From NCBI GenBank assembly GCA_965204115.1, contig OZ241963.1, positions 76,632-119,474 on the forward strand: 42,843 nucleotides of DNA. The letters run 5' to 3'. The translations under genes were made by a program, and so were the position numbers. The notes below the pieces were generated by a model. It had not been told where the DNA came from. It was given only the letters and a program-made list of their open reading frames with translations, and did no database searches. This document shows positions 28,021 to 37,207 of this stretch, piece by piece. Each line of letters begins with the position of its first letter. Within the stretch, counting starts at the first letter, position 1. This DNA is from Minisyncoccota bacterium. Its GTDB lineage: Bacteria; Patescibacteriota; Minisyncoccia; Phycocordibacterales; JABAAK01.

Positions 28021-28698
28021 TTAGAAAGGAACATTTTCTTGGTATTCGATCCATCCTGTTTCGTCGTCCCACTTGCGTAGGCGGGGCGGGTTTGCTGGTT
28101 TTGTGTACCCTGGAGTAAACATGAGGGCGTTGTTGTTAAGGAATCCTCCGCCTGGCGTATGCACTTCAATTCGCACTTCCACACTGTCGTATGTTTGAAT
28201 GTCCTCTAGCACCTTTTTATCAATTCCTATGTACACCACTTCAGGTGTCAAATCAGGGCTTCCTTCTACCGACAAGGTTGCGACTGTTGGTTCGTGTCCG
28301 ATGCCAACCCGTAGTGTTGATCCCACTGATACACCAGGATGTCCTTGTATTCCAAAGACCTCCATTTTTTCGTTTCGCCCAGCGTAGAACAGGCGAGTGC
28401 CGCCGAGTCCCATACCGGGTACCTGTTGTGGGGTGCTGGTTCCAATGATTTTGACTGCATCTGTATAGTGGGTTGATTCGGTAGTAGTTGTTTCCATGCG
28501 TGGCTTTGATGGAATGACATCCTGTGTTTGAGTAGTTGTTTCCATGCGTGGCTTTGATGGAATGACATCCTGTGTTTGAGTAGTTGTTTCCATGCGTGGC
28601 TTTGATGGAATGACATCCTGTGTTTGACCATATTCAGAAATTGCTAGTATTGCGATAGAAAGTCCTACTGCTAAAATGACTGTTATGATTATTTTCAT
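28021..28698 (-). CDS. Secreted/anchored hypothetical protein with a 3x16-aa tandem repeat
   Basis: Start MKIIITVIL lies 6 nt after TG-G-TACAAT; contains (QTQDVIPSKPRMETTT)x3. Confidence 0.75.
   Translation of the reverse strand: MKIIITVILAVGLSIAILAISEYGQTQDVIPSKPRMETTTQTQDVIPSKPRMETTTQTQDVIPSKPRMETTTTESTHYTDAVKIIGTSTPQQVPGMGLGGTRLFYAGRNEKMEVFGIQGHPGVSVGSTLRVGIGHEPTVATLSVEGSPDLTPEVVYIGIDKKVLEDIQTYDSVEVRIEVHTPGGGFLNNNALMFTPGYTKPANPPRLRKWDDETGWIEYQENVPF
28483..28626. repeat. Perfect 48-bp tandem repeat, 3 copies (coding VNTR)
   Basis: AGTAGTTGTTTCCATGCGTGGCTTTGATGGAATGACATCCTGTGTTTG at 28483, 28531 and 28579. Confidence 0.97.
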
Positions 28699-28821
28699 AC
28701 TTGTATTGTACCACATTGTATTAGCTATTGAAGGATTTGTGGTAGGATTTTTGTTTCAAAAAGGGTTGGGCTGTCCTGGTGCAGTGAGTGTTGTTTGAAA
28801 AAATGATAATTTAGTGTCTAT

Positions 28822-29312
28822 AAAAAGCAAGTATCCCCCTAGAGACCGGAGTGTCTACGCAAAACGCGTGTGAATCGGTGTATGTGTCTCTAGGGGGTTA
28901 GTTTTTTAGCTTTTCAGTATCCACTGTCACTTTTTCTCTTGGAAGGCCCTCTGAAGATGCGAGGAGGTAGGTAATTTCTTCCGGAGAGAGGGGTGACTAG
29001 GGTTTTCTCGGACTTGCCATCGGCAAGTGTTGATTGCCCGAGAGCTGCCAAGGGTTTCCCCTCAGGACTCAAAAGTTGAAAAACTAGACTTGCTGACTGT
29101 GTGACCTGGGGTTTTTCCGACCGGCGTGCGGTAGACCCTGCGGTTGGAAACCATGCGTATTGTAATGTTGCGCAGGGGAAGTCCGCCAGGGTCGGTGTGT
29201 TGATCCCGATTTTTGACACACAGTTCTATGAAATAACCTTTTGGTGTTACCTCATAGAACCATGTGTTCTTCGCGGGTCAGCAAGTCGTTCTTTTAAATT
29301 TTCATTCTATCT
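28822..29312. ncRNA. Large structured intergenic element, candidate ncRNA of unknown class
   Basis: Multiple long stems (28835-46/28886-97, 28926-45/28978-97, 29087-97/29277-87 and others) and no credible ORF. The strand is unresolved. Confidence 0.55.
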
Positions 29313-29318
29313 ATTTTT

Positions 29319-29347
29319 ATTATAGTAGGCATTTTTCTTTTTGTCAA
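29319..29347 (-). promoter_or_regulatory. Consensus sigma70 promoter firing leftward into the structured element
   Basis: Minus strand TTGACA-17 nt-TATAAT, a perfect consensus. Confidence 0.8.
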
Positions 29348-29862
29348 ATACTCTTAATTTTATAGGTTTTTTTGTTATAATATCGCCTTGTTTCCGGGCC
29401 AATTTCCTCTGTTTTTCTGTTGTTTGGTTCGGTCATCTAATTCTCTACATAAGGTCGGGATTGTTAGCTTTTTTAACTGTATTTTCTGGCTCTCCAGGAA
29501 GGTGGTTTTCATTGGAAGAGGAGAAGGGAAAGGGCGGGGCCCGGACTATTTGCTATTTAAGGTGTTTGTTGTATAATATACCTTGATTTTATAGGGTTTT
29601 ATTGCGCTGCTTGGGGTTGTTTTTTTCGATTTTGTGTGGTATCATACTGTTGACAAGAAATATATATGTTGTGCTATTGGGCAAAATCAACATCGATTAT
29701 CCCCTTGTAAATAACAAGGTTTTTTAGTATATATTCTCATTTTTCCCCTTAAATACAGTTTAAAAAGGGTTGTTTTTTTGCATATATTGTGGTATGATGT
29801 TAGTGGTTACTATTTTGTTTGTTTACCCAACAAAAGTCGTGACCAAGCTAGAACATATTACT

Positions 29863-30882
29863 ATGAAGATACAAGTAAAAAAATTAGTAGATAAAGCATT
29901 AGAGTCGCTGACAGATCAACAGCGTCGGGTGCTTGTATTGCGTTATGGCTTGGACGGCAAAGGGAAACGAACGCTACAAGAAATCGCCGACGAATACTCA
30001 CTGACACGAGAGCGCATTCGCCAAGTGCAAAACATGGCTGTTGCTACTCTTGGGAAGGATGAGTGTGCCGGTCTGCTTGCTTCTACGATTACCTATCTTG
30101 AAGATGTGATGCGGAAGTGTGGTGGTGTGTCGTCCGCTGATGCATTGTGCGCCAGCTGTGAGTTTGCCTCAAAGGTAGAGCAGAATTACATCCACCTGCT
30201 TCTGATGGTCGGGAATTCATTCTCGCTTTCTGATGCGACTGATGACATCGCGCAGTATTGGTATGTCGATGAAAGGCACAAGCATGCGATTGACGCGACG
30301 CTGAGTAAGGTGCATGGGGATGTTGAAGGTCGTGGCGAAGTGTTGCTCACTGACGAGGATATGCGACAGTTGTTTGAAGGTCTTGCGACAGAGCATGCTG
30401 AGTACCTGCCTTCCTATGATGAGGCAATGAGTCTTTCACTTAAGATGAAGCGGAACCCGCTTGGTGAGTGGGGGCTTGCGACGCACCCTGAGATTGCGCT
30501 GAACGGTCTTGCCGGCTATATTCGCCTGGTGCTTCGTGATGCGGGCGAACCGCTCCACTTCAACAAGATTGCTGATCGTATTGCAGAGTTGCGAGGAAAG
30601 AATTGCCACCGTGGCAGTTGTCACAATGAACTGGTGCGACGAGATGAGTTTATTCTTGTCGGTCGCGGTCTCTATGCGCTTGACAGTATGGGCTACCGCC
30701 CGGGTACCATTGCAGACATTATTGCTGCCGGTATTAAGGAGCTCGGCCCGATGACTCAAAAGGAGATTATTGAGTATGTCAGTCGTGAGCGCCATGTTAA
30801 GACGCAGTCCATTGTGCTGACTCTCGGCAAGAAAGGCATGTTTACGCGAGATGAGCAGAGTCGTTATTGTTTGGCTGTCTAA
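29863..30882 (+). CDS. Sigma-70 region 4-like HTH DNA-binding protein with a C-terminal winged-helix (HARE-HTH-like) region
   Basis: LVLRYGL...TLQEIADEYSLTRERIRQVQ, then GEPLHFNKIA...HNEL..DEFILVGRGLYAL. This architecture is common in CPR. Confidence 0.85.
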   Translation: MKIQVKKLVDKALESLTDQQRRVLVLRYGLDGKGKRTLQEIADEYSLTRERIRQVQNMAVATLGKDECAGLLASTITYLEDVMRKCGGVSSADALCASCEFASKVEQNYIHLLLMVGNSFSLSDATDDIAQYWYVDERHKHAIDATLSKVHGDVEGRGEVLLTDEDMRQLFEGLATEHAEYLPSYDEAMSLSLKMKRNPLGEWGLATHPEIALNGLAGYIRLVLRDAGEPLHFNKIADRIAELRGKNCHRGSCHNELVRRDEFILVGRGLYALDSMGYRPGTIADIIAAGIKELGPMTQKEIIEYVSRERHVKTQSIVLTLGKKGMFTRDEQSRYCLAV

Positions 30883-30911
30883 TTCTAATCGCATTATCTA
30901 CGACTAATCGG

Positions 30912-30940
30912 AAACCCCCTTCCTGATGGAAGGGGGTTTT
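30912..30940 (+). terminator. Intrinsic terminator
   Basis: AAACCCCCTTCC-TGAT-GGAAGGGGGTTTT. Confidence 0.85.
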
Positions 30941-31034
30941 CGCGTGTGCGTGTGGGAGGAATAAGAGGTATATGTTGACAATCTTGCGGTGTGTTTTACA
31001 TAGTATACTGAACATACATTTCATATAATGTCTT

Positions 31035-32480
31035 GTGTTTGTTATTTTTAGAGATAATATTTATATTCCTTTTTTCAAGGTCGGCTTTTTGTGCCTGTTC
31101 TTTGCGTATCTCTCGTACCTCGCGTACAATGTTGTGACCCCCGGCTATTTCGTGGATGCTTTTTTTACTAACCCCTCCTTTTTTGTGGCGATTAAGTTTG
31201 CTACGACCTATATGCTGTTCTCTGCACTGGTAACGCTGGTGCTTTCAGCGGCACTGTATGCGTATATTGAAATCGGACGGTATCGACAGCAGGTGACTTT
31301 TCTCACTGAAGAGCGAAAGATATTTGAGGTACTTATTCCCGAGACCGGGCAGGAGACCTTGGCATCTATGGAAGCATTGCTGGAAATGATTGCTTTTGGG
31401 AGTGGTGAAGGGCGATGGTTTCCGGTGTGGTGGAACGGCAAAAAGCGGGTGCTGTATTCGTTTGAGATTATGTCGAAGGGCGGGATTGTTTCATTTGTTA
31501 TACACACCCGAGCGTTTATTGCTGAGGCCGTGACATCGGCAATTTATTCATTTTACCCAAAGGCAAAGGTGACGGAGATTGGTGACTATGTGTATGATTT
31601 TGAGTATGACCCGGAAGAGTATGATATGTTCACGATTGAGTGGAAGTTTAAGAGTGATAGTGCGCTGCCGGTTAAAACCTATGTTGAGTTTCAGGATTTG
31701 CGGCAGCCGGTTGTTGCGCTGGACAAGACCATGCAGCAGCCGATTGATCCTATTGCGGGGCTGTATGATTTTTTTGCCTCCATTTCCGCGGACGAGCAGT
31801 TGTGGGTGCAGTATGTCTTCCGCACACAAAAGTATAGCCGTGCTGAAGAAGAGGCAACTGATGATCCGTTGGCGCGGGAATACTGGAAGAAGCAAAAATT
31901 GCCGGAAGAGATACACGATGCGCTGGTTGATCTTGAGAAGAAGGCGCGTGGGGGCAGGGAAGAGGGTAGTGATCCGGTGGTGTTGAGTGCGACTGAGCAG
32001 CGATTGCGCGATATTGGTGCTCGACTTGCCGAGAAGCAGGCGCTTGAGGTCGGCATCCGTACGCTGTATATCGCGAAGTCAGATTCATTTGATCGCGGGA
32101 GAATATCTCCGCTTCTGTCTGCCTACAAGTTGGTTGAATCCACCGATAATGCATTGATACCGCAGGGGGCGGTACTGGAGGATGTCTCGGCAATACCGGC
32201 GCTTGAGCCGAAGCGGGATGACAAGGAAAAGGCGAAGGAGCAGCTGCTGCAGCTGTATCGGGACCGAATGTTTTGGTTTGCGCCTGCGCTCCGTGAATTT
32301 CAGCCCTCTGATCAAAGGAGGAAGTATGTTGATGGCCCTACTTTAAAGCGGGTTGCGACGGTTATGTCCACTGAAACTTTAGCAACTATTTGTCATTTCC
32401 CGACTGGCTACATCAAAACACCAACGGTGCGACGGGTGCTTTCTACCGAGGTTGAACCGCCGGAAAACCTCCCTGTATAA
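31035..32480 (+). CDS. Conserved CPR-type membrane protein (resembles the non-ATPase region of CPR VirD4/TraG-associated proteins)
   Basis: Two N-terminal TM helices and motifs FEVLIP, SFEI, IYSFYP, LPVKTY, WVQY and STETLATICHFP. The family assignment is from recall only. Confidence 0.6.
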   Translation: MFVIFRDNIYIPFFKVGFLCLFFAYLSYLAYNVVTPGYFVDAFFTNPSFFVAIKFATTYMLFSALVTLVLSAALYAYIEIGRYRQQVTFLTEERKIFEVLIPETGQETLASMEALLEMIAFGSGEGRWFPVWWNGKKRVLYSFEIMSKGGIVSFVIHTRAFIAEAVTSAIYSFYPKAKVTEIGDYVYDFEYDPEEYDMFTIEWKFKSDSALPVKTYVEFQDLRQPVVALDKTMQQPIDPIAGLYDFFASISADEQLWVQYVFRTQKYSRAEEEATDDPLAREYWKKQKLPEEIHDALVDLEKKARGGREEGSDPVVLSATEQRLRDIGARLAEKQALEVGIRTLYIAKSDSFDRGRISPLLSAYKLVESTDNALIPQGAVLEDVSAIPALEPKRDDKEKAKEQLLQLYRDRMFWFAPALREFQPSDQRRKYVDGPTLKRVATVMSTETLATICHFPTGYIKTPTVRRVLSTEVEPPENLPV

Positions 32481-33685
32481 TGAATGATATGCAATATTTT
32501 CATAGCACGACCTGGAAAAGAATTGTCAGTGTGTTGCAGGCGCCGTTGCCGCGTTTTGCCGTGAGCCGACAAGCTGCCCGTTACGGCAGCGCGGGGTTGC
32601 TGTTTCTATTGATTTGTTTGTTTTTCTTTTTTTTGTTGCCGCCCCTTGGGTCGGTGCAGTATCCGCAGGTGTTTATTGTTTCTAGGGGGGAGACGATACG
32701 GGCTATCGGCGAGGACTTGCGTCGTCGAAATGTGATTAGTTCGCCATCGTTGTTTATTCTTTCCAACTATCTGTTTGGTGAGAGGATTGTGTGGGGATCA
32801 TATCACTTTAATAGTCCGAAAGGACTTATCTTTCATGCGCACGACCTCTATGCCGGAGAGCGGAACATGCCGTTGCGAAGGGTGGTCATACCCGAGCAGA
32901 GTGATGCGTATGACATGGCTGATATTTTTGAAAGACATTTTTCTGACTTTGATCGGGATGAGTTTTTGGAGATGGCTTTACAGCAGCATGGATATTTATA
33001 TCCGGATACCTATTTGTTTGCCGACCATTATGTTTCTGCAGAGCACCTCATTCAGATTATGAGAGAAACCTTTAATCAGCGAACGGCTGATTTATTTGAT
33101 TCATATACTGGTGACTTGTCACGGGATGAAATCGTGACCCTTGCGTCTATTGTTGAGCTTGAGGCGAGCCGTAAGGTGGATCGTCATAAAATTGCGCAGG
33201 TATTGCTCAATCGGCTGGAGATTCACATGCCGCTGCAGGTTGATGTTTCGTTTATTTTTATTGAAGACAAGAATACCTTTCAACTGAGTCACGCTGATTT
33301 GAATTCAGATGATCCTTCCAACACTTATAAGTATGCCGGTATTCCGCCGATACCAATTACTAATCCGACTCGTGCGTCTATTGAGGCGGTTATGGATCCC
33401 ACTGAGACAGATGCGCTGTATTTTTTGGCTGATTTCTACGGCAACACCTATTATAGTAGCACTTTTGCAGAGCACCTGCGGAAAAAGGCAAAGTATATAG
33501 ACAGTGTTGTGCGTCAAAAAAATCGCAGTGCTGCCCCTGCCGCAACTGAAGCATCCGGTATTCAAGCAGAGGAGGGGAGTAATACTATACAAAACGAAGA
33601 CGCAGAAAATAATGCTGCTGCTCCGGATGATGCGGAGAAAAGTGTAGCCGCTAAGCCGGCTGATGCGGTATTGGTGCGGGAATAG
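32480..33685 (+). CDS. mltG: Endolytic transglycosylase MltG
   Basis: Motifs GYLYPDTY, LASIVELEA, NRL...MPLQVD, NTY...GIPP.PI.NP and LYF. Confidence 0.93.
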   Translation: MNDMQYFHSTTWKRIVSVLQAPLPRFAVSRQAARYGSAGLLFLLICLFFFFLLPPLGSVQYPQVFIVSRGETIRAIGEDLRRRNVISSPSLFILSNYLFGERIVWGSYHFNSPKGLIFHAHDLYAGERNMPLRRVVIPEQSDAYDMADIFERHFSDFDRDEFLEMALQQHGYLYPDTYLFADHYVSAEHLIQIMRETFNQRTADLFDSYTGDLSRDEIVTLASIVELEASRKVDRHKIAQVLLNRLEIHMPLQVDVSFIFIEDKNTFQLSHADLNSDDPSNTYKYAGIPPIPITNPTRASIEAVMDPTETDALYFLADFYGNTYYSSTFAEHLRKKAKYIDSVVRQKNRSAAPAATEASGIQAEEGSNTIQNEDAENNAAAPDDAEKSVAAKPADAVLVRE

Positions 33686-33708
33686 GGGTATGAAAAAGTT
33701 TTAATACT

Positions 33709-33970
33709 AAAACAGCCCGTTTAGATGATTACTCGCACTAATCATGCTAAACGGGCTGACCTCTTTATTCTGTCAGCAGGTAAGACCACTTATGAGCGGT
33801 GCTTTGCAACCTTTTGTGGCTGCTTTTGCCGGCAGGCCCAACCTTAGTTGGGAGTTTTTGGGAATGTAGTTTAAGGTACTGCAAGGACCTCCCCTCTCTG
33901 AATGACCCAATAGTTGATTTTTGGTCTCAGAGGAAGGAATTGTCGCACTGTCTTTACAGTGCCTCAACCT
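33709..33970 (-). ncRNA. Candidate ~260-nt structured ncRNA
   Basis: Lies between a minus-strand promoter and a terminal hairpin (CAGCCCGTTTAG/CTAAACGGGCTG plus U-tract), with five internal hairpins and no credible ORF. Confidence 0.5.
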
Positions 33971-33976
33971 ATTTAT

Positions 33977-34005
33977 ATAATAGCATATAAAATCTATTTT
34001 GTCAA
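33977..34005 (-). promoter_or_regulatory. Sigma70 promoter (minus strand)
   Basis: TTGACA-17 nt-TATTAT with an extended TG. Confidence 0.7.
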
Positions 34006-34061
34006 TCCTTTGTTTTACAAGGTCTCTTGTTTTTAAAGAACGCGGTCTATACTATTCAATA

Positions 34062-35141
34062 ATGAGTAACAAAAAAGGAGGTGGTGTTCAGGGGCGCATT
34101 GGGGTGTTGATGTCCGGAGGGGTTGATTCGTCTGTTGCGGCATATCAACTGCTCCAAGATGGCTATGTGGTATCGGGCGTGTTTATCACGATTTGGAATC
34201 CACCGCATATTCCGTGTACTGCAGCAGAGGATCGGCAGGATGCGATGCGGGCATGTGCCGCGTTGCAGATTCCGTTTATAGAATATGACGCAACTGAGAT
34301 ATATCGGGAGAAGGTGATAGAGCCGTTTGTGGAAGCATACCGCCGTGGTGAGACGCCTAATCCTGATGTGCTCTGTAATCAATTCGTGAAGTTTGATGCG
34401 GTATCTTCGTTTGTTCGGGAGAAAGGGTTTGTGCATATTGCAACCGGGCACTATGCGCAGGTGCGGGAAGTTGACGGTACACGACGACTGCATTGCTCTG
34501 TTGATCCGGAGAAGGATCAAACTTATTTTATCTATACCCTCTCCCAAGAGATACTTGACCGCGTACTCTTTCCGGTCGGCACTTACTCTAAGCAGCAGGT
34601 GCGGAAGATTGCCCGTGATGCCGGTTTGCCTGCTGCTGAAAAAAAAGACAGCGTTGGCCTCTGTTTTTTGGGAGCGGTGTCTATGCGGGATTTTTTGTCG
34701 GCATACATTGAGCCGAAAGTGGGGGCAGTATGTTTATCTGAAAGCAAGAAGAATATCGGCACTCACGATGGCGTGTGGTTTTACACGATAGGTCAGCGCC
34801 ATGGGTTTACTGTCACCGACACCGCGCAAGGTCCGTATGTGATAGTCGGCAAGGATGTTGAGAAGAATGTACTGTTTGTGCAGAAAGGCGTTGTTGCGGA
34901 TGCTCCCGGTTCTCGCCAATTCACACTTGGAGATGTCGTGTTTCGACGATTGCCCGCGGATGGGGAGCGCCTCGTTGCGCGATTTCGCCATCGAGGGGAT
35001 CTGTATCCGGTATCCCTTGCGGTGTGCGATGGCTCTGCTGAAGTTGTGTTCCAAAACGAATATGTTATTGCGAAAGGGCAATCAATTGTGGTGTATAAGG
35101 GGGATGGCGAGTGTCTTGGTGGTGGAGTAGTGTCAAAATAG
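34062..35141 (+). CDS. mnmA: tRNA 2-thiouridine(34) synthase MnmA
   Basis: Motifs MSGGVDSS, TPNPDVLCN, ATGHYA, KDQTYF, DSVGLCF and YTIGQR. Confidence 0.97.
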   Translation: MSNKKGGGVQGRIGVLMSGGVDSSVAAYQLLQDGYVVSGVFITIWNPPHIPCTAAEDRQDAMRACAALQIPFIEYDATEIYREKVIEPFVEAYRRGETPNPDVLCNQFVKFDAVSSFVREKGFVHIATGHYAQVREVDGTRRLHCSVDPEKDQTYFIYTLSQEILDRVLFPVGTYSKQQVRKIARDAGLPAAEKKDSVGLCFLGAVSMRDFLSAYIEPKVGAVCLSESKKNIGTHDGVWFYTIGQRHGFTVTDTAQGPYVIVGKDVEKNVLFVQKGVVADAPGSRQFTLGDVVFRRLPADGERLVARFRHRGDLYPVSLAVCDGSAEVVFQNEYVIAKGQSIVVYKGDGECLGGGVVSK

Positions 35142-35262
35142 TACACATAGCGCAACCATGGCTTGTTATTGTGTCAACCTTGATAATGGTGTTAATAAAA
35201 GGTATTATATATATTGGCTTGGTGTATCCACATCTTTGTTTTTTACAGGAAAGGAGGTAGCA

Positions 35263-36090
35263 ATGATGATGGTCGGGTCAAGACGGTGTCTTGGATGCGG
35301 GCAAGATAAATCGCTTAGTGGCTTTCACGAAGGTGGTAATTCTTTCCTATGTAATGAGTGCTCGTTGAAGCACAAACGGCTGTGTCGAAAGTGTAAAAGA
35401 GAAAAAAGCATTAAAGAGTTCCCGAAAGATGAAAACGGGGTGATTTCTCATTGTCAAGGGTGTATCAATGACGAAAAACCCATTGTTAATCCTGGTAAAG
35501 AGTGCGTCTTCTGCAAGAAGGTAAAGCCATGGAAAGAGTATCATAGAAATAAATGCAGCAAGGATGGCCGACGGTTCTCCTGTAAGGAGTGTGATGCGCT
35601 TCGGTACGGCAAGAGTATCAGAGTGTGTCATTTCTGCAAGCAAAGAAAAATGGGAAAGGGATTTCCCAAAAGAAACAACGGCGTAACCAAATATTGCCTT
35701 CAGTGCGTGCAGACACACAATCTGGAGAAACAGTGTTCTTTCTGTAAAGAATATTTACCGCAGGAAGAGTTTTACAGAAGTAAGGATAGCAAGGATGGTC
35801 GCCGTGCTTCTTGCAAAAAATGTTGTGACAGGCATTGTCGTAGCAAGGTATGTGAGCGATGTGGAGAGCAGAAAAGAAAAAGAGCATTTCCTAATGACAG
35901 CAAAGGACACACAACTAAGTGCTGCTTGGAGTGTGTCCGGAAGTACAACCTGAAGAAGTGGTGCTCTTCCTGTAAAAAAGAGCTGTCACAGGAGAGTTTC
36001 CCTGAGGACAAAACGAAACGAGATGGTCGAGGTAGCCATTGCAGGGGGTGTCGCAGGGAATACTACCACCAAAAGAAAGGCAGGTCTTGA
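35263..36090 (+). CDS. Tandem C4 zinc-finger repeat protein (7 units), basic
   Basis: AAGGAGG RBS and seven CxxC-x17-22-CxxC units. Confidence 0.8.
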   Translation: MMMVGSRRCLGCGQDKSLSGFHEGGNSFLCNECSLKHKRLCRKCKREKSIKEFPKDENGVISHCQGCINDEKPIVNPGKECVFCKKVKPWKEYHRNKCSKDGRRFSCKECDALRYGKSIRVCHFCKQRKMGKGFPKRNNGVTKYCLQCVQTHNLEKQCSFCKEYLPQEEFYRSKDSKDGRRASCKKCCDRHCRSKVCERCGEQKRKRAFPNDSKGHTTKCCLECVRKYNLKKWCSSCKKELSQESFPEDKTKRDGRGSHCRGCRREYYHQKKGRS

Positions 36091-36102
36091 GATCTTCAGT
36101 AC

Positions 36103-36132
36103 AAAACCCGTGGAGGTATCCGCGGGTTTTTT
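36103..36132 (+). terminator. Intrinsic terminator
   Basis: AAAACCCGTGGA-GGTA-TCCGCGGGTTTTTT. Confidence 0.8.
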
Positions 36133-36328
36133 CATAGTCAGTGGCGCGAGTATTTATACAATAATAATACACACGATGAGGCGGTGGTGTGGTATTCCAC
36201 CTCCCACAGAGTGGGTGTGGTGCTTGAGTAGCGTTTGTGGGGATTTTAGGGCATAATGATCTGCAGGTGTGGTTGGCGGCTTTTATTGCTGCAGTTTCTT
36301 AACTATCAAAACTTTAGGAGAATATCTT

Positions 36329-37171
36329 TTGAAAGTATTCACCGTGCTTTTTTTCAGCACATTTTCACTGTTTTTTGTTGTGTGGGGCGTTGCGGATGAG
36401 GTTCCTATTGTGAATGAAATGCCTTTTTCTGATAATCTGTTGACCCTTTCAATGGAGGAAATTCAGATGGTTTCACGAGCATTTTCATTTGCATGCGATC
36501 AGATGGATAGATTGCATGTTTCCCCGGAACAGGTTGCCCCGTACTTGTACCTCTTTGTGCGAAGGTGTGAGCGGCTTGTGCTGGAGAATGGCTCTTTTCC
36601 CCACGATTTTTCCGCTGACCTTTTCGATGTTCAATTTGCCTCCGCTCTTGGAGTTGAGGTTTCGGATTCTTTTGGTTCAAGCTTTTATTCACAACTTGCA
36701 GTTCATTTACTGCATGGTGTTTGGCGGAATAGTATTAAGTCGGATGTGCAATCTTTTATGGAGCTCGGGGTGTATGATCCGGATGAGTCCTTTAATTTGG
36801 CTCTTACCTATTCTGAGGAGATTTATGTTTCCAGCGCGATTTTGTCTGCTTTGACGGATGGGCCTCACGACCCCCTTTCCGATCGCCTTGGGCTGTCTGT
36901 GGATCTTCTGCTCTCTACTTCAGAAAAGCGAAAGATTGCGGCTGATAACCTTTATCGGAAACAGACCGGGGAACAAATACAGTTGTTGACCGAGAAGGTT
37001 GTCCAATCTCGGACAGAGCAAGTGCGGGGAGAACGAATCTTGCGCAAGTTTGTGATTTCTTTATTTGTTTTTCCTCTTGTACTTTCTATTAATGTGTTGT
37101 CTGTTGCGGTAGTGCTTTTTGCCGTGCGACAACGGAGATATAACAGATTACATTTTTTCCCGCGGCACTGA
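36329..37171 (+). CDS. Hypothetical protein with signal peptide and C-terminal TM anchor
   Basis: Probable TTG start after AGGAG, an N-terminal hydrophobic stretch, and a C-terminal TM followed by RQRR. Confidence 0.65.
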   Translation: MKVFTVLFFSTFSLFFVVWGVADEVPIVNEMPFSDNLLTLSMEEIQMVSRAFSFACDQMDRLHVSPEQVAPYLYLFVRRCERLVLENGSFPHDFSADLFDVQFASALGVEVSDSFGSSFYSQLAVHLLHGVWRNSIKSDVQSFMELGVYDPDESFNLALTYSEEIYVSSAILSALTDGPHDPLSDRLGLSVDLLLSTSEKRKIAADNLYRKQTGEQIQLLTEKVVQSRTEQVRGERILRKFVISLFVFPLVLSINVLSVAVVLFAVRQRRYNRLHFFPRH

Positions 37172-37207
37172 AGTGCCGCGGTTTTTAGTACATACTGTAT
37201 ATAGTGT

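Noticed and set aside
28483-28626. Possible CRISPR array
   Set aside because: The repeats are contiguous with no spacers, are in frame within a CDS, and no cas genes are present.
29087-29287. RNase P RNA, tmRNA, SRP or 6S identity for the structured element
   Set aside because: GGGGAAGTCCG resembles the RNase P GAGGAAAGUCC motif, but the matching 3' P4 strand is not visible. I see no tRNA-like ends, no SRP helix 8 motif and no simple 6S rod. A cmscan is needed to exclude these formally.
28914-29586. ORFs 28914..29219, 29101..29325, 29341..29586 and 29388..29576
   Set aside because: They have no RBS or leaderless context and atypical composition, and they overlap structured or promoter DNA.
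29340-29860. Replication origin in the AT-rich intergenic region
   Set aside because: There is no cluster of DnaA boxes, no dnaA/dnaN nearby and no sustained skew change.
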